Below, piece after piece: positions 1-12,689 of a stretch of DNA of 64,000 nt. The translations under genes were made by a program, and so were the position numbers. The notes under the pieces are model-generated. The model searched no databases. It was not told where the DNA came from and saw only the letters and a list, made by a program, of their open reading frames with translations. This DNA comes from Azolla caroliniana (Eukaryota; Plantae; Polypodiophyta): positions 9,610,001 through 9,674,000 of the forward strand of contig JBHGNT010000011.1 of the NCBI GenBank assembly GCA_043228905.1. Direction: 5' to 3'. Every line of letters starts with the position of its first letter. Within the stretch, counting starts at the first letter, position 1.

Positions 1-197
1 CTTCAAGAATACTCTAGAAACCTTCTAGATTACTCTACATTCTAGAATGACCTAGAATATTCTAGATGTTCTATATTACTTATAAATAGGGATCTATCAA
101 TCATCCCAAAACTAAATTGGTTCAACACCATTCTATAGCACTTTGTTGCCTACTCCTTGTAATCTGTTTTACACTACAATATAGTATTTCCCTTTCG

Positions 198-233
<36 letters not shown>

Positions 234-242
234 CACGCTACA
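1..242 (+). mobile_element. 3' part of an LTR (CTAGAA-rich U3, TATA box, (CT)n tail); related to the LTR at 29420-41917
   Basis: TTCTAGAA repeats, TATAAATA, TTGGTTCAACACCA and a (CT)n tail ending in CA occur in the same order as at 29540-29760. Confidence 0.5.
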
Positions 243-612
243 TGATTTTATGAACCATGCCACACTGAACGAGCCGATTGGTGTGTGATCCAATCGTGAG
301 ATGTGCTGACCAAATAAGAGTGTTACCCGTATAGGTGTATGAGAGGGGTAAGAGTGTAAGGTGTAAGGTGTGTAATGTGTAAACATGAAATGTGTAATGT
401 ATAAGTGTGAGGAAGAGTGTGTACACATGCACATTTGTGTGCATGTGTACAAATGTGAGAGAATGGGGTAAGTAGGTGTAACTACCCCCATTTGGCTTTT
501 TATATTGTCTTGTAACAGCCGAATTTTGTACTATATAAACCCCACCCATGGGGCATGAAAAAGAGGAAGGAATAGTGAAGTTACCCATCAATATTGTATC
601 TCATTTTGCCTC

Positions 613-651
<39 letters not shown>

Positions 652-728
652 CCCCCCCTCTCCCTCATGCGTAACCCCCTTGGGAGGGAGGTGGAGCAGT
701 TCTTGGCTTACCCCCACCCATAAACATT

Positions 729-730
<2 letters not shown>
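243..730. repeat. LTR-retroelement fragment, copy 1 (LTR-like part starts TGTTACCCG at 321)
   Basis: Near-identical to 6918-7262 (TGTTACCCGTATAGGTGTA...CCCACCCATAAAC); the preceding 243-300 resembles 6660-6715. Confidence 0.6.
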
Positions 731-769
<39 letters not shown>

Positions 770-3147
770 TTGTGTGTTTGTGAATGTCATCAATACATCG
801 TTATCATCATCTCTGTGTGTTCATATCGTGCACACACCTGCCAAAGAATTTGCTCCTATCTGTTTCTGCCACGTCTCCTCCAAAGATTGGGTTGAGTTGA
901 GATCAAAACTCGTCATCGTCAGAGAATGATTACACTTTGCAAGCTGATCATGATTAGGAGGAGCCGCATTTCATCCAGAAATCTTTAAGTTTTCCAATAC
1001 CATATCTACACGTTTCAAGATGGAATGTGGCCAAAGTTCATGTGAAGTAGAAGTTATTGAGCACTGCGAAGAAAATGAGCATAAGATGTCTTTGCATGAA
1101 CAAAACCTCTTCAAGAAGCAGATCAAAGATAATTCAAGATGATGATGGACTTCCTGTCATTTTAGTTGGACTTGTGATTGGTCTAGTTACAACATCTATT
1201 GCGAGAATCTTGCTTGAAATAGACAAGACAGAGGAAATACAAATGATCTTGCAACCACTAATCATAGCTTCTCGAGATCATTCTCATTTGAGGCTGTATA
1301 AGAATCTTTCAATCTCCCAGAGACACTCCACAGGTTCTAATTTTCATCACACTATGGAAGAGTGCTCAAAATTTTCAACAATATGGCACAATGCGAGCTC
1401 AAAAACCAATCTTTCCAAAGAACCTAACAATTGTATAGTAACAGAAGAAACAGATAGCCATGCTCCATGATCATTTGATAGAGTTGGCTTCAGAAGACAA
1501 TGTTATTACGTCTCCGCTTATTTTAAGGAATCTTTAGCATGAATATACTATTAAAAATATGGATCTAGATCGGGATGCGCTTTAGACTTCCAACACGGTA
1601 TAAGATACATGCAACAAAAACTAAAAACAGAGTACACCAAAATTTTAACGTGCAAAACCCAAATTTGGGAAAAACCACGGAACCCCTTAGGGTTCAAAAC
1701 AAATTCACTATCTTTTTTAGTACAACCGAATACAACCTCTCTAGTTTTGATTAGAGGATGTATATGCCTCAAGGTAACAGCCTTGATTACAATTCTCTAA
1801 AATGCACACTCTCTCTGTATGCTCTCACCAAGTCACTCATTCTCTATTTCTCTTTTCGTTGTTTTATCCTTCTCTTTATTTTCCTTGTAGTCCAACCTCT
1901 ATCTCTGTATCTGAATTATAACTTTTTCTCTTTTTAGCCCTAAGCCGATTTGGCGTTCAACCGAATCGGCGCTCAACCTGAATCGGCACCCAACCAATTC
2001 GGCGCTTAGCCGATAATCGATTGTCAACCGTCTCCATGTCATGGGCTCCACTTGAGTGGATAGACCCAACAACGGGATCAACTTTGTAACATAGGATCTC
2101 ATCCCGTTTCAAGGAAAAGCTCAGGTTCCCCACAGCCAGACAGACGTATGACAACCGGTCCATCAGATGAAGCGGATAGAGCCAGCTAGACAACCCACGG
2201 GTCTGATGACCATCCGGATAGACGACCACAGACAGTTGGACAGACGGCCAATAGAGCCAGCCGGACAGAGAGACGGCCCCGAGACAGTCAACCGAATAGA
2301 AGACCGATGAAGAGAGACTATGAATCGGCAAGGGTTCGGTTTAGTCTTAACTAGTTTGGCCTTAACCGTTTTGGGGTTCTCAAACCTGAACTGAACCAAT
2401 CCCTAAACCAGTTTGTGAACCAATTTGGGAAAAAAAGGTTTATAAGTGTGAAGAAACCCAAAAAACATCACTACCACTTCCTCTTACTCTTCTTCGTCTC
2501 CTCATAACTCCCACCCCCTCGGCCTTACCACCGATGAGTCCGAATTCAACTCCAAGTCCCACCTCCACGACTCCCTCTCTGTAGACTACTACAATTGGTC
2601 GGCTAACATCCAGAAATCCCTTGCCTCCCACCACCTGAACCACTAGCCCCGACCCGAGTCTATGGCAACCTCTCACTCTCGGTCATTCAATCTTTCTCCA
2701 AATTTGACATACCAACTCAAGAGAGAATTTGGAACTAAAATTTCTCTTATATAATGTACAAAAAGAATGTATATAACATCAAGAAGGACGTCCTCTAATC
2801 GTTCACTATGCAGGCTCCCTCTCGGTCTCGATCTGTTGCATATGGCTTCATGTCAGTCTCTCTCTCAACTTTCAAGTTCTAACTTCTAACTGTCTAATTT
2901 CTAAGTTTCTAAACCCTAATTATCACTCAACAATCTGTTGTCTATGGTTTCCTGTTAATCTCTCTCTCAACTTTCAAGTTCTAACTTCTAACTTCTAACG
3001 GTCTAATTTCTAACTTCCTAAACCCTAATTATTAAATGGCTTCACCGGTTTGACCCGGTTTGGCAACTCTCGAGCCGAGCTCAAACCGTTTAGGTATGCT
3101 CAAGCCTAAACCAAGTTGAGCCGCCAAGCCTTTTTAAACCGGCTTAG

Positions 3148-5743
3148 TGTTGAGTGGACAAGTTCAATCAGACCCAGATCGGCTGAACAAGACAGACCGG
3201 ATCGGAGTCCGGAACGAAGAACTGGATCGGTGTCCGGATGGTATCCGGAAACAAGAGACAGATCGGAGAGACGGATCGAATTGGAACCGGTAGGCCGTTA
3301 GAGGCCTACGAATCTAGCCTAGTACGTAGGTATACTTTTAGGAGTCAGTTCCAGTCGCTCGTATGAGCATTGAAGTACTTGTCAGTACTTATCTCTGTCC
3401 TTTTAAGGAATTGTATAAAAGTGCTCCTTGAGCACATTGTATGTACAGATCATTATTATTTTGAATCGATTTTATCATTCTGCTCCCTTTGTCTCCCTCT
3501 CTTGTGTAAGGTTTCCATTAAACCTGTGTTTGTATTCTGTTGTTATCCAGCTGAGCCGGTTGTGTCTTAGCTTCTGTATATTCACTTTCACATGGTATTA
3601 GAGTGCAAGGGTTGAGAACCTTTATAGCCGACGAGTGATTTCTGAAGACAAACCCTAACACCCGGTAGAGAACAGACAAAAGGAAAATATGGACCGAGGA
3701 ATGGCTAGCTCGCTCCCGAAGAAGAAGCTTGACAGATCCAACTATGCATCTTGGTCGTACAAGATGCACCAGTACCTGCTCGGGCACAGTTACTGGCGTT
3801 ATGTCAACGGAGCTAATGATATGGCACCTAATGCGGCACAAGGGGACTTCCCGACTTGGGAACAAGCGGCAAACAAAGTTATGTACTACTTTGCATCGAG
3901 TGTCGACGATCAGCTGCTGAGCTATATCCAGGACGCCAAGATGTCGTAGGAAGCTTGGGGAAACCTGACGAAGGTCTTCGCCGCGAGCACCACGGCCCCG
4001 AAACTGCAACTCCGAAAGGAGTTGAGCAATGTCCAACAGAAGGACATGTCGATGGCCGACTACACGGCCCGGATCAAAGACATTTGTGGCTCAGTTGCCT
4101 CTATCAACGTGACCATCGAGGAAGATGAGATGGTGCAAGTTTGTCTCGGGGGCCTGGCGTCAAAGTTCGGAGCATTACGAAAGACGGTCTGTACAAGGGA
4201 GGGTTTAGGGTTTACAGTTCACGCACCTCGGGTGCTTCATCGAAGAAGAGGGCAAAGTCATCACGCAAGGGCATCGAGATGGGAGGATGTTTATCCTCGA
4301 AACAAATTTTGTTGGCATCGCTATGTTTGCGAAAGGGCCGAAGGTCGAATCGGACATCAACCTATAGCACAGGCGGATTGGCCACATCAATTTCCGAAAG
4401 CTTCACGAGCTGCAATCGGAACACGTAGTTTTCGGACTGCCGAAGTTCAATGGTCGGAAAGGCCAAATATGTGAAGCTTGCCATCTTGGGAAGTAGCATA
4501 GGCTTCCGTTCCCCAATGAGAAGAATCGGAGCTGGAATCGGCTTGATCTCATTGTAAAAGTGAATATGGGGAAGCTAAGACACAACCAGCTCACCCGAAT
4601 AGCAACATAATACAGACACAGGTTTAATGGAAACCTTACACAAGAGAGGGAGACAAAGGGCGTAGAATAATAAACTCAATTCAAAATAATAACGCTCTGT
4701 ACATACAATGTGCTCAGTGAGCACTTTTATACAAGTCCTTAAAAGGACTGATAGAAGTACTGACAACTACTTCAATGCTCATACGAACGACTAACACTGA
4801 CACCTAAAAGTATACCTACATACTAAGCTAGATCTGATCCATCTCTCCAATCCGACTCTTGGTTCCAGATACCATTTGGACACCAATCTGGTTCTTCGTT
4901 CCAGACTCTGATCTAGCTCTGGCTTGTTCGGCTAATCCGGATCCAATTGAGATTGTCCGCTCAATATTCCCCCTCAAGCCCAACTTGAGTTCGGATCGTA
5001 GTGGTTGTGTCTGTGGTAGCTAGTCCTCTCCTCCAGCTCCACCTGGCGTCTTCCCGCCTTGCTCGCGCTCCTCAACCCGTCCGGTTCTGCTTTCCTCGAC
5101 CTTCTCTGTCAGCTTGTCTACTCATAAGGCCCTGGTCAGCTCTTTCACTGTTGCGACTCCGGCGAATCTCGACCCGTCGGTTCCAATGTGTCGGTGTAGA
5201 CTTCCGCTACCTCCTTGTCCGTTGGCCTTCAGTTGATCCGGCTCCTCCGACTTGGGTGCCTCCGATTCGTTCCAGCTCTTGCCCGAATTGGTTGTCTCCA
5301 ACTCGTCCTCAATCTTCAAACCCTTCACAACATCGAACCATGTTCGTTTCTTGGTCTTCCCGGCTTTGCCTCCCCTTTTTTCGGTTGGCTTCAGCTTGAG
5401 CTCTCCATTCCGGTGGCTCCCCCTGCGTCCGGCCTTGGCTTCAGCCGTCTCATGCACTTCGACTTCTTCAGTTAGGCCAAAATCGAAATCGGTTTCCAAC
5501 TCAGCTTTTCGGTCGTCTTCCTCATTCCTCCCCCTCAAGTTCGGCATATCCAAGTATTGCAGAGCTAGTGCACTAGAAAATTGCCGCAACTTGTCTAAGC
5601 CGAGGGGTTGATGAAGATATCGGCAACCTGTCGATCCATCTGTCTCCCTCTCTTGTGTAAGGTTTCCATTAAACTTGTGTCTATATTCTGTTGCAATCTT
5701 GCTGAGTTGATTGTGTCTTAGCTTCCGCATATTCACTTTTACA
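3148..5743 (+). mobile_element. Deleted Ty1/copia element (family D): 5' LTR 3148-3592, PBS, gag fragment, partial 3' LTR 5636-5743
   Basis: TG...CA LTR; PBS TGGTATTAGAG (tRNA-iMet type) at 3593; Gag-like LDRSNYASWSYKMHQYL from 3689; GAG-pre-integrase-like RIGHINL remnant near 4350; TSD CTTAG/TTTAG. Confidence 0.8.
4553..5630 (-). mobile_element. Inverted nested copy of copia family D: 3' LTR 4553-4966, PPT, and end of pol with an extension
   Basis: Reverse complement of the 3148-3592 LTR; PPT adjacent at 4967; RNase H end LGLDKLRQFSSAL in ORF 5122-5736. Confidence 0.75.
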
Positions 5744-6659
5744 TTTAGCTAAACGGTTTAGGCTTGAGTCGAGTCGTTGTCGACCCCTAAGAGAGACGAC
5801 ATGTGGCAAGTGACGGTTGAGATGGATAGATGGTCTGATAGGCCGCTAGACAGACGGTCCAGCAATAGTCGGTTAGCCAGTCAGATGGATAGAGACAGTT
5901 GACGGACAAAGATGGTCCTGGAAGCAGTTGGGAAGAGTTCGGAGACTACTGAGATACCCAAAAGAAGTCGAGATGTACCAAAAGAGCCAATTGAACATTC
6001 GGCGACAGACGGTCAGTGGAATGAATGACCGACGAACAAAGCCGATAGACGGCCACGAGCAACCAATGGTGCGAGAGCTAGCGAATAGTGACTAAGGGTT
6101 GGACATGCGGAAAGACGAACGACAAATAGAAGTACTCCGCTCAAGGAGAGTGGTCGAGACAGTAGAAGAAAATCAAGAAAGAAGAAGAAATCAGAAGACA
6201 AAGACAGAAGAAATGAAGAAGAACAACAAAAACAAACAAGAGAAGAAGGAAATCACACGGAAAGGAAAAGAAGGAAAAGAAGAAGGAGATTATGTTAGTA
6301 AGAAGGCTGGAACAAGGAGGATGCTGAGGAAGAGAACCTAAATCAAAAGAGGATGCACTAAGAAGAAGAAGACACAAATGGATTGATATCCAAAAAGATG
6401 TTGATGGTAGTGGATGAATTGGTAGTAGAAATGAAGAAAAAAAAGAATAGAGACAGAAAAGGGAAGAAGAAAGAGAAGAGGGGCATACGGAGAAAATTTC
6501 AAAAGCTTGAGGGCAGCCCATAAAATTTCAAAAACATAAGGGTAGCTACTAAAATTTCAAAAGTTGAGGAGTACGAAATAGAATTTCGAGAACTCGAGGG
6601 TACAAAAAACTCAACACTACTCACATGAAGGAAAGAAAGAATACACATACACACAACGC

Positions 6660-7262
6660 GATTTTACGACCCGTGCCGCAATGAGTGAGCCGATTGGTGT
6701 GCTAATCCACTCGCAACAATTTTCGTGTGGTGTTGACCGAACGGGAAGGTTCATGTCAAGCGAGTTTCGATCGATAACTTCGATCAAAGAGTAGTGTTCC
6801 GGTCAAGGGATTTCTGACCGATGAGAGAAGAGAAGACAGATGGAGTTCTAGTCGATGAGTCTTTGGCATCAGCATGTGGTTTCGATGTGGAATGCACTGT
6901 CCCACAGACTTGTTAGGTGTTACCCGTATAGGTGTACGAGAGGGTTAAGAGTTTAATGTGTAATCTATGAGTGTGAGGAAGAGTGTGTACACATGCACAT
7001 TTGGCTTTTGTGTGCATGTGTACAAATGTGAGAGAATGGGGTACATAGGTGTAACTACCCCCATTTGGCTTTTTGTATTGTCTTGTAATGGTCGGATTTT
7101 GTACTATATAAACCCCACCCATGGGGCATGAAAAAAAGGAATAGTGAAGTTACCCATCAACATTGTGTCTCATTTTGCCTCTCATTCTATGTGTGTGTGT
7201 CTATCCCCCTCTCTCCCTCATGCATAACCCCCTTGTTGGCTCCAACCCCCACCCATAAACAC
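6660..7262. repeat. LTR-retroelement fragment, copy 2
   Basis: Homologous to 243-730; truncated at ~7262. Confidence 0.6.
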
Positions 7263-7440
7263 TATTGTTGAGAAACCTCTGTAGAACATGCACAGAAGAA
7301 TTGTTGTCGAGTGCCCCGCACCGAGCAGTGGTGGACAACATGCCAAGGTGTCGAGGCCAATGTCACGTCAATGTTGTCGTGAGTGTCATTCGTCCTCGGT
7401 CCGTCTCTCCGAATGTGGGTTCAAGTTCAACAAGGAAGTC

Positions 7441-8092
7441 TGTTAGAGTTATGATCTAAAGCATATGATAAGGATAAAAGATAGATATATAGAAAGGAGA
7501 GAGAGAAAGAAGGGTGCCGATCCACCCGACCACCCCCGAGCGAAGGGATCGAGACGGACTCGAGCCTCGAGCGGCGTCCCATACCACCATCGTGGCGTCG
7601 AGTCATACTTGGTGTTGGCACACTCACTACAAGAGTTGAACCACCACGAAACAGAGTCTCGACGTAGTCAAGATATGATGAGATAAGGGTAGTTAGGCCT
7701 CATATTTATAGCGATACCCAAGGCCCCCAGGCAAGTTCACACTTGGCCTAATGGGTTGTCTCAATCTCGAGGATTAAAAGTAATCTTCTCCTTCTTTACA
7801 CTCTTGTTTAACCCTCACACTTATCCACGTGTATAGAATACTACGATAAATTCTCACCACGGGATATTATATGGTCATGCCCGTAACATACTCCCCCCCC
7901 CCCCCCCCCCCCCCTCTTTAAAACATTGCACTCTTGCAATGGAAAGTTAGGGAAGTTAGTTCTAAGAGTATTTTCGTGTTCCCATGTGGCATCTTTGATA
8001 GAATTATCTTTTTAACCCTCACACTTATCCACGTGTATAGAATACTACGGTAAATTCTCACCATGAGATATTACATGGTCATGCCCGTAACA
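7441..8092 (-). mobile_element. Internally deleted LTR retroelement: full 3' LTR 7441-7888, PPT (poly-C on +), short internal piece, terminal ~80 bp of the 5' LTR
   Basis: TGTTA...TAACA termini; 8011-8092 repeats 7808-7888; perfect TSD AAGTC at 7436-7440 and 8093-8097. Confidence 0.8.
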
Positions 8093-8978
8093 AAGTCACT
8101 GAAGTTTTCTAAGAGAGGGAATGCAGTCTTGACCAATGGCGCAAACCAAGCTTGCGGCGGTCCAAAGAGAAGGGTGCCTACAAGGCTGACCCGAGAAAAA
8201 TCACTAGCACAACATTGGGGCTGTAAATGGATTATATGAAGAATTTGATTGATGAACTCATGAAGACATGCCCTAGTGCCGTTGAATTTGTCAAGTAAGC
8301 TAACAATAGGTTCGAGGACATATGGATGAGAAGGGGAAAATCCATCATTTATTTTTTACTCAATTCACCATTTCTAGCTTGGTCCAATATGAACAAATTC
8401 AAAGCATCACATGAAAAACCATCATTTATGTTTTACTTGATTCACCATTTCTAACTTGGTCCAATATGAACAATTTCAAGTAAAAATTACTGAAGAATGG
8501 CATTATGTAACCTTGAAGACTTTGATCTGTTTATTTTCTTGCTGGTAGGAACAAATAAGAAATCTAACAAGAGAGAAATTGAGTAATAACAAAGAGGTGA
8601 CAAGGAAATGAAGCTCCACAATGGTGGAAACGTACACAACCCAAATTTCCTTTGCTGAATAGAATCATAAATAGTTGTGGCTGATGGCTATTCAGAATCT
8701 CCCGCAGTAATCTTTTGCTTTTATTTTCAGAATTAGTATAGTAGTCACATTGTTTACATGTATACAACACATATTGTATCCCCCCTTAGCAAACCTAGGA
8801 CAATGTGCAACTTTCAGAAAAAACCAGTCTTTAATGTGTTTATGCCTAGTTTTTGTTGTTCTCTATATGCATCTCATTCTCAACAAAGAATAAGCATTTC
8901 CATGTGACCTTTTGCCAGGTGAGAATAGATTATATACCCAAAATGGGAAATTCCGATCATATTGCCACTTGACTGACC

Positions 8979-10961
8979 TTATTCTTCCCCAACATCATAT
9001 TTCAATCTTATGGCCTCAAGCTTGTCTGAGTCCTCTTGCATGCCAGCAGCTGCAAAGATTTTTGCCATGAAAACATAAGCTGCAGCACAATTATTATCTA
9101 ATTGCACTATTTGATCAAAAGACAATATTCCAAGCTTCACATTTCCCCATTTTCTACAAGCACCCAAAAGAGCAAGCCAAACTTCAGGGTAATCACAAGA
9201 GGACATTGATGTAATTATCGACATTGCTTTTCCAAAGTGCCCTGCAAATCCAAAAACACTCACCATGCAAGTATGGTGCTCTAGGTTTGGAGTGATACCA
9301 TATCTTTCGGTCATATCACCAAAAAGCATTTTAGACTCATCCAACAGCCCCGAATGGCTACATGCACTCAGAACGCATAAGAATATGACTTCATCTGGAT
9401 CAAGGCCTTCTCTCTGCATTTGCTGGAAACAAGTTAATGCTTCACGACCTTGCCCTTGTTGAGCATACCCTGCAATTAGGGCAGACCAAGTAACCTTATT
9501 TCTAACGCAAAGTCCATCGAGCACTTGCTGTGCTTTTTTAAGAAGACCACATTTGGCATACATATCCACCACAGCGGTGCCTACTACAGTATTCTTTGAC
9601 AGGAACCCTCTATTTGCAAGCTCATTGTGAATTTGTTTGCCTTTGTCGATTGCCCCGATACTGCCACAAACCTTCAAAAGACAAATGAAAGTAACCATAT
9701 CTGGAGAGAGACCATCATTTAGCATTTGTTCAAAACAGTTCAATGCTTCATGACCTTGCCCTTGCTGGGAATACCCTGCAATTAGCGCAGACCAAGAGAC
9801 TACATGTCGTTCGGGAAGATTTTCTAACACTTTTCGTGCTTCTCCAAGAAAACCACGTTTTGAATACATATCAACTAAAGCATTCCCAAGTATGATATCT
9901 TTACCCAATAAACCCTTACTTATAATTTCTTCATGAATTTGTTTACCCTTGTCCAGACCCCCTCTTTCACCGCATGCTTTTAGGATGCAAGTATATGTCA
10001 CTACATCTGGAGAAAGACCTTCATGCTGCATTTGCTCAAAACAGCTCACTGCTTCATCACCTTTCCCATGTTGGACATACCCTGCAATTAGTGCATTCCA
10101 AGTCACTATATCTCGATTAGATAACTTTTCAAGAACTTCCTGTGCTTTTGCAAGAACGCCACATTTGGCATACATATCCACAACAGCATTTCCAAGCAAA
10201 CTATGCTTCTCCAATAACCCCCTGCTTACAATCTCGTCATATATATGTGTGCCCTTGTCAATAGCTCCTAGGCTACCACAAGCCTTCAATATGGGTAGGA
10301 AGGTGACTTCATCGGGAGAGAGTCCCTCATTTTTTAGACGTTCAAAGCAAGTCAATACTTCATGACCTTGCCCTTGTTGGGCATATCCAGCAATCAATGT
10401 ATTCCAAGAGACTATATTACGAATAGGAAGCTCCTCGAGTACCTCTTGTGCTTTTGCAACAATTCCACATTTGGCATACATATCCACCAATGCAGTGCCA
10501 AGCATAACATATTTTTCCAGCAAACCCATGCTTAAGATCTTATCATGAATTTGTTTGCCTATATCTATAGATCTTGTGCTGCCACATGCCTTTAAGATGC
10601 AAATGAAAGTGACCTCATTAGCAGAAATGCCATCATCACCTTGCATCTGATCGAAACAGCTGATTGCTTTATGCCCTTGGCCATGTTGTGCATAACCTGT
10701 GATTAAAGCATTCCAACACACAACGTCTCGAATAGGAAGCTCGTCAAGCACTTGCTGTGCTTTAGAAAGCATACCACATTTGGTATACATACTAATTAGA
10801 GAGCTTCCAAGGTAAGGGCTTTTCTCCAGAAGCCCCTGCTTCAAAATATCGGCATGCAGCCTAGTGCCTTCACAAATATCCTTTTTCTTGGCACACGCCT
10901 TTAGCAAGGCCATCAAAGTAGAACTTTCCTGATATTTTCTGGTACCCAAAATTTGTTTCAT
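8979..10961 (-). CDS. PLS-class pentatricopeptide repeat protein with terminal E domain and no DYW (putative organellar RNA-editing factor)
   Basis: 660-aa intronless ORF of repeated P-L-S triplets (ALVDMYAKCG / WNALIAGYAQ / VTFICILKACG), then VLSACSHSG, HHTCMV and WLALLGACRKWGN E motifs. Confidence 0.93.
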   Translation of the reverse strand: MKQILGTRKYQESSTLMALLKACAKKKDICEGTRLHADILKQGLLEKSPYLGSSLISMYTKCGMLSKAQQVLDELPIRDVVCWNALITGYAQHGQGHKAISCFDQMQGDDGISANEVTFICILKACGSTRSIDIGKQIHDKILSMGLLEKYVMLGTALVDMYAKCGIVAKAQEVLEELPIRNIVSWNTLIAGYAQQGQGHEVLTCFERLKNEGLSPDEVTFLPILKACGSLGAIDKGTHIYDEIVSRGLLEKHSLLGNAVVDMYAKCGVLAKAQEVLEKLSNRDIVTWNALIAGYVQHGKGDEAVSCFEQMQHEGLSPDVVTYTCILKACGERGGLDKGKQIHEEIISKGLLGKDIILGNALVDMYSKRGFLGEARKVLENLPERHVVSWSALIAGYSQQGQGHEALNCFEQMLNDGLSPDMVTFICLLKVCGSIGAIDKGKQIHNELANRGFLSKNTVVGTAVVDMYAKCGLLKKAQQVLDGLCVRNKVTWSALIAGYAQQGQGREALTCFQQMQREGLDPDEVIFLCVLSACSHSGLLDESKMLFGDMTERYGITPNLEHHTCMVSVFGFAGHFGKAMSIITSMSSCDYPEVWLALLGACRKWGNVKLGILSFDQIVQLDNNCAAAYVFMAKIFAAAGMQEDSDKLEAIRLKYDVGEE

Positions 10962-11671
10962 GCTTCTCCTTCGTCTTCCTTTTTAACTTGCTAGAAGAGA
11001 CGAAACTAATGGTATGCTTGACAGAAGAAAAACGAAAAAGAACATAGGACTATAAAAGAACATAGGACTATAATGCTATTATTGTAAATAATAAAAGATA
11101 TGAAGCCTTGATCTAATGTAAAACACTGAGAAAAATACAAAATGGCTTTCAATTCCAGTGAAACAACATAAAACTAGCAATTTGGAGACGATGGAAAACC
11201 AATTCAAGAACACCATTCATTTAGAAAACGTCTATCGGGCCAACATCAGAAATGTATCTGTATTACATTCATTGATATACATGGATAGATGTTCAGCATC
11301 TCATTTGTTCCATAGACTAAGATTGGGCCAATCTTGGTTGGGAAACGCGTACATATACATTGACCGCTCTCCATAGATAGGTATTGCGCAAGTTGATTGG
11401 TTCCACAGACCAAGATCGGACCAAACCTTGGCCCATTCCTAAAATGCAGATGGTTGTGACGAGCACAGGCGCCTGCATGTGCGCGCGCAGATTCCCTCCC
11501 TCTTTCTTTCTCTGATCTCATCTCACCTCATCGACACCACAGGGATGCTGACTAAGGCAGTGGATGTAGCAGCAGAGAGGAAGGATCCATGGGAGTATTT
11601 ACCTTCTTCCATCCCTACTCTGTATTGACAACAGATATGCCATTTGATGTGGCAAAGCACATAGGGAAGTG

Positions 11672-11770
11672 AGGTCAAGGGCAAGGTCAAGGTCAAGGTC
11701 AAGGTCATGGTCATGGTCATGGTCATTCGGTTCCCTTGGTTTGGGGGGGGGGGGGGGGGGGGGGGAGGGA
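11672..11770. repeat. (GGTCAA)n/(GGTCAT)n hexamer run followed by a ~24-nt poly-G tract upstream of the PPR gene
   Basis: Read directly from the sequence. Confidence 0.8.
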
Positions 11771-12689
11771 GCCTCCGGCAGGAGAAACTTGTTGTCATTC
11801 ATTGAAACACACTTTTCGGGTTTGGGTCCAAACCCATGGGCCACACCTATTATCTACAACTCATCATCTCATCACCCATGAAAATGATGAGTTCATCTCT
11901 CATACTATTGAGGCGGATGATTGGATGTCGGACCCATTGCACCCCGTCTGGCTCACCCCGAAAATGCCCTCATTTTGATACTCGACACTTTACCCTATAA
12001 GATATATATCGTTTCCCCTGCGAAATTCCTACACATTTGCTACACTTCCTAGTGATTCCAATTATGAATAAGGAAACTCGAACCCATGAAGATTGCTTTC
12101 AACCTAATGGTGAAGTCTCTAATAAGAGTTTGCTACGATTCCTTTAGCAAGAGTTGCAGCAATACATGTTGCAATTATGACACTCAAAAGAAAAGATCAA
12201 ATGACTCTAGCCAATTGTGCCCTATGTGAAGAATATACAAATATAGTCATCATCCTACTTGCATAATTATCTAAGACCTTAGCACACATACAATAAGCAA
12301 GAAGATGGTGGCTAGAAATAGAATTTTTCCAGAATGCAAGAAAGAGCCACTATACAAAGGAGCCTTGGAGAATTGATTCAACCCTCACAGCTAATCTCTC
12401 TTATCAAGTTTATACAATGTCACCACCCTTTGTGGAGTAAATATTAAGCATTTCTTGATTCTTTTCCAAGCATCGCATGCTTTCTTGTTTCCAGCCGCTT
12501 GTTATTTTGTTCATAGGTCCATGACAATTTGTATGAAAATTGTTCTTGCCCAAAATTGATTTATTTATTTATTTTCCAAACAACATATCTTTCCAGTAGT
12601 TTTAAAAAGGCATATCAACGACAAAATACAAAATAGTTGGAAAGGAAGTGATTATCCTTCCCAAGCCCATCTTGTGTAAGACAATGGCT

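Larger units (their letters stand above)
2319..5789. mobile_element. hAT-type non-autonomous element (MITE-like) carrying nested copia remnants
   Basis: Perfect 8-bp TSD AGAGAGAC at 2311-2318 and 5790-5797; right end TTGTCGACCCCTA (TAGGG-type hAT terminus); degenerate left end TATGAATCGGCAA; AAACCG/CGGTTT subterminal motifs. Confidence 0.7.

Noticed and set aside
1057-1470. 137-aa ORF
   Set aside because: Non-ATG start and no recognisable motif; probably decayed repeat sequence.
6099-6521. Lys/Glu-rich ORFs in a purine-rich tract
   Set aside because: Low-complexity GAA-rich sequence within retroelement debris; no domain or splice support.
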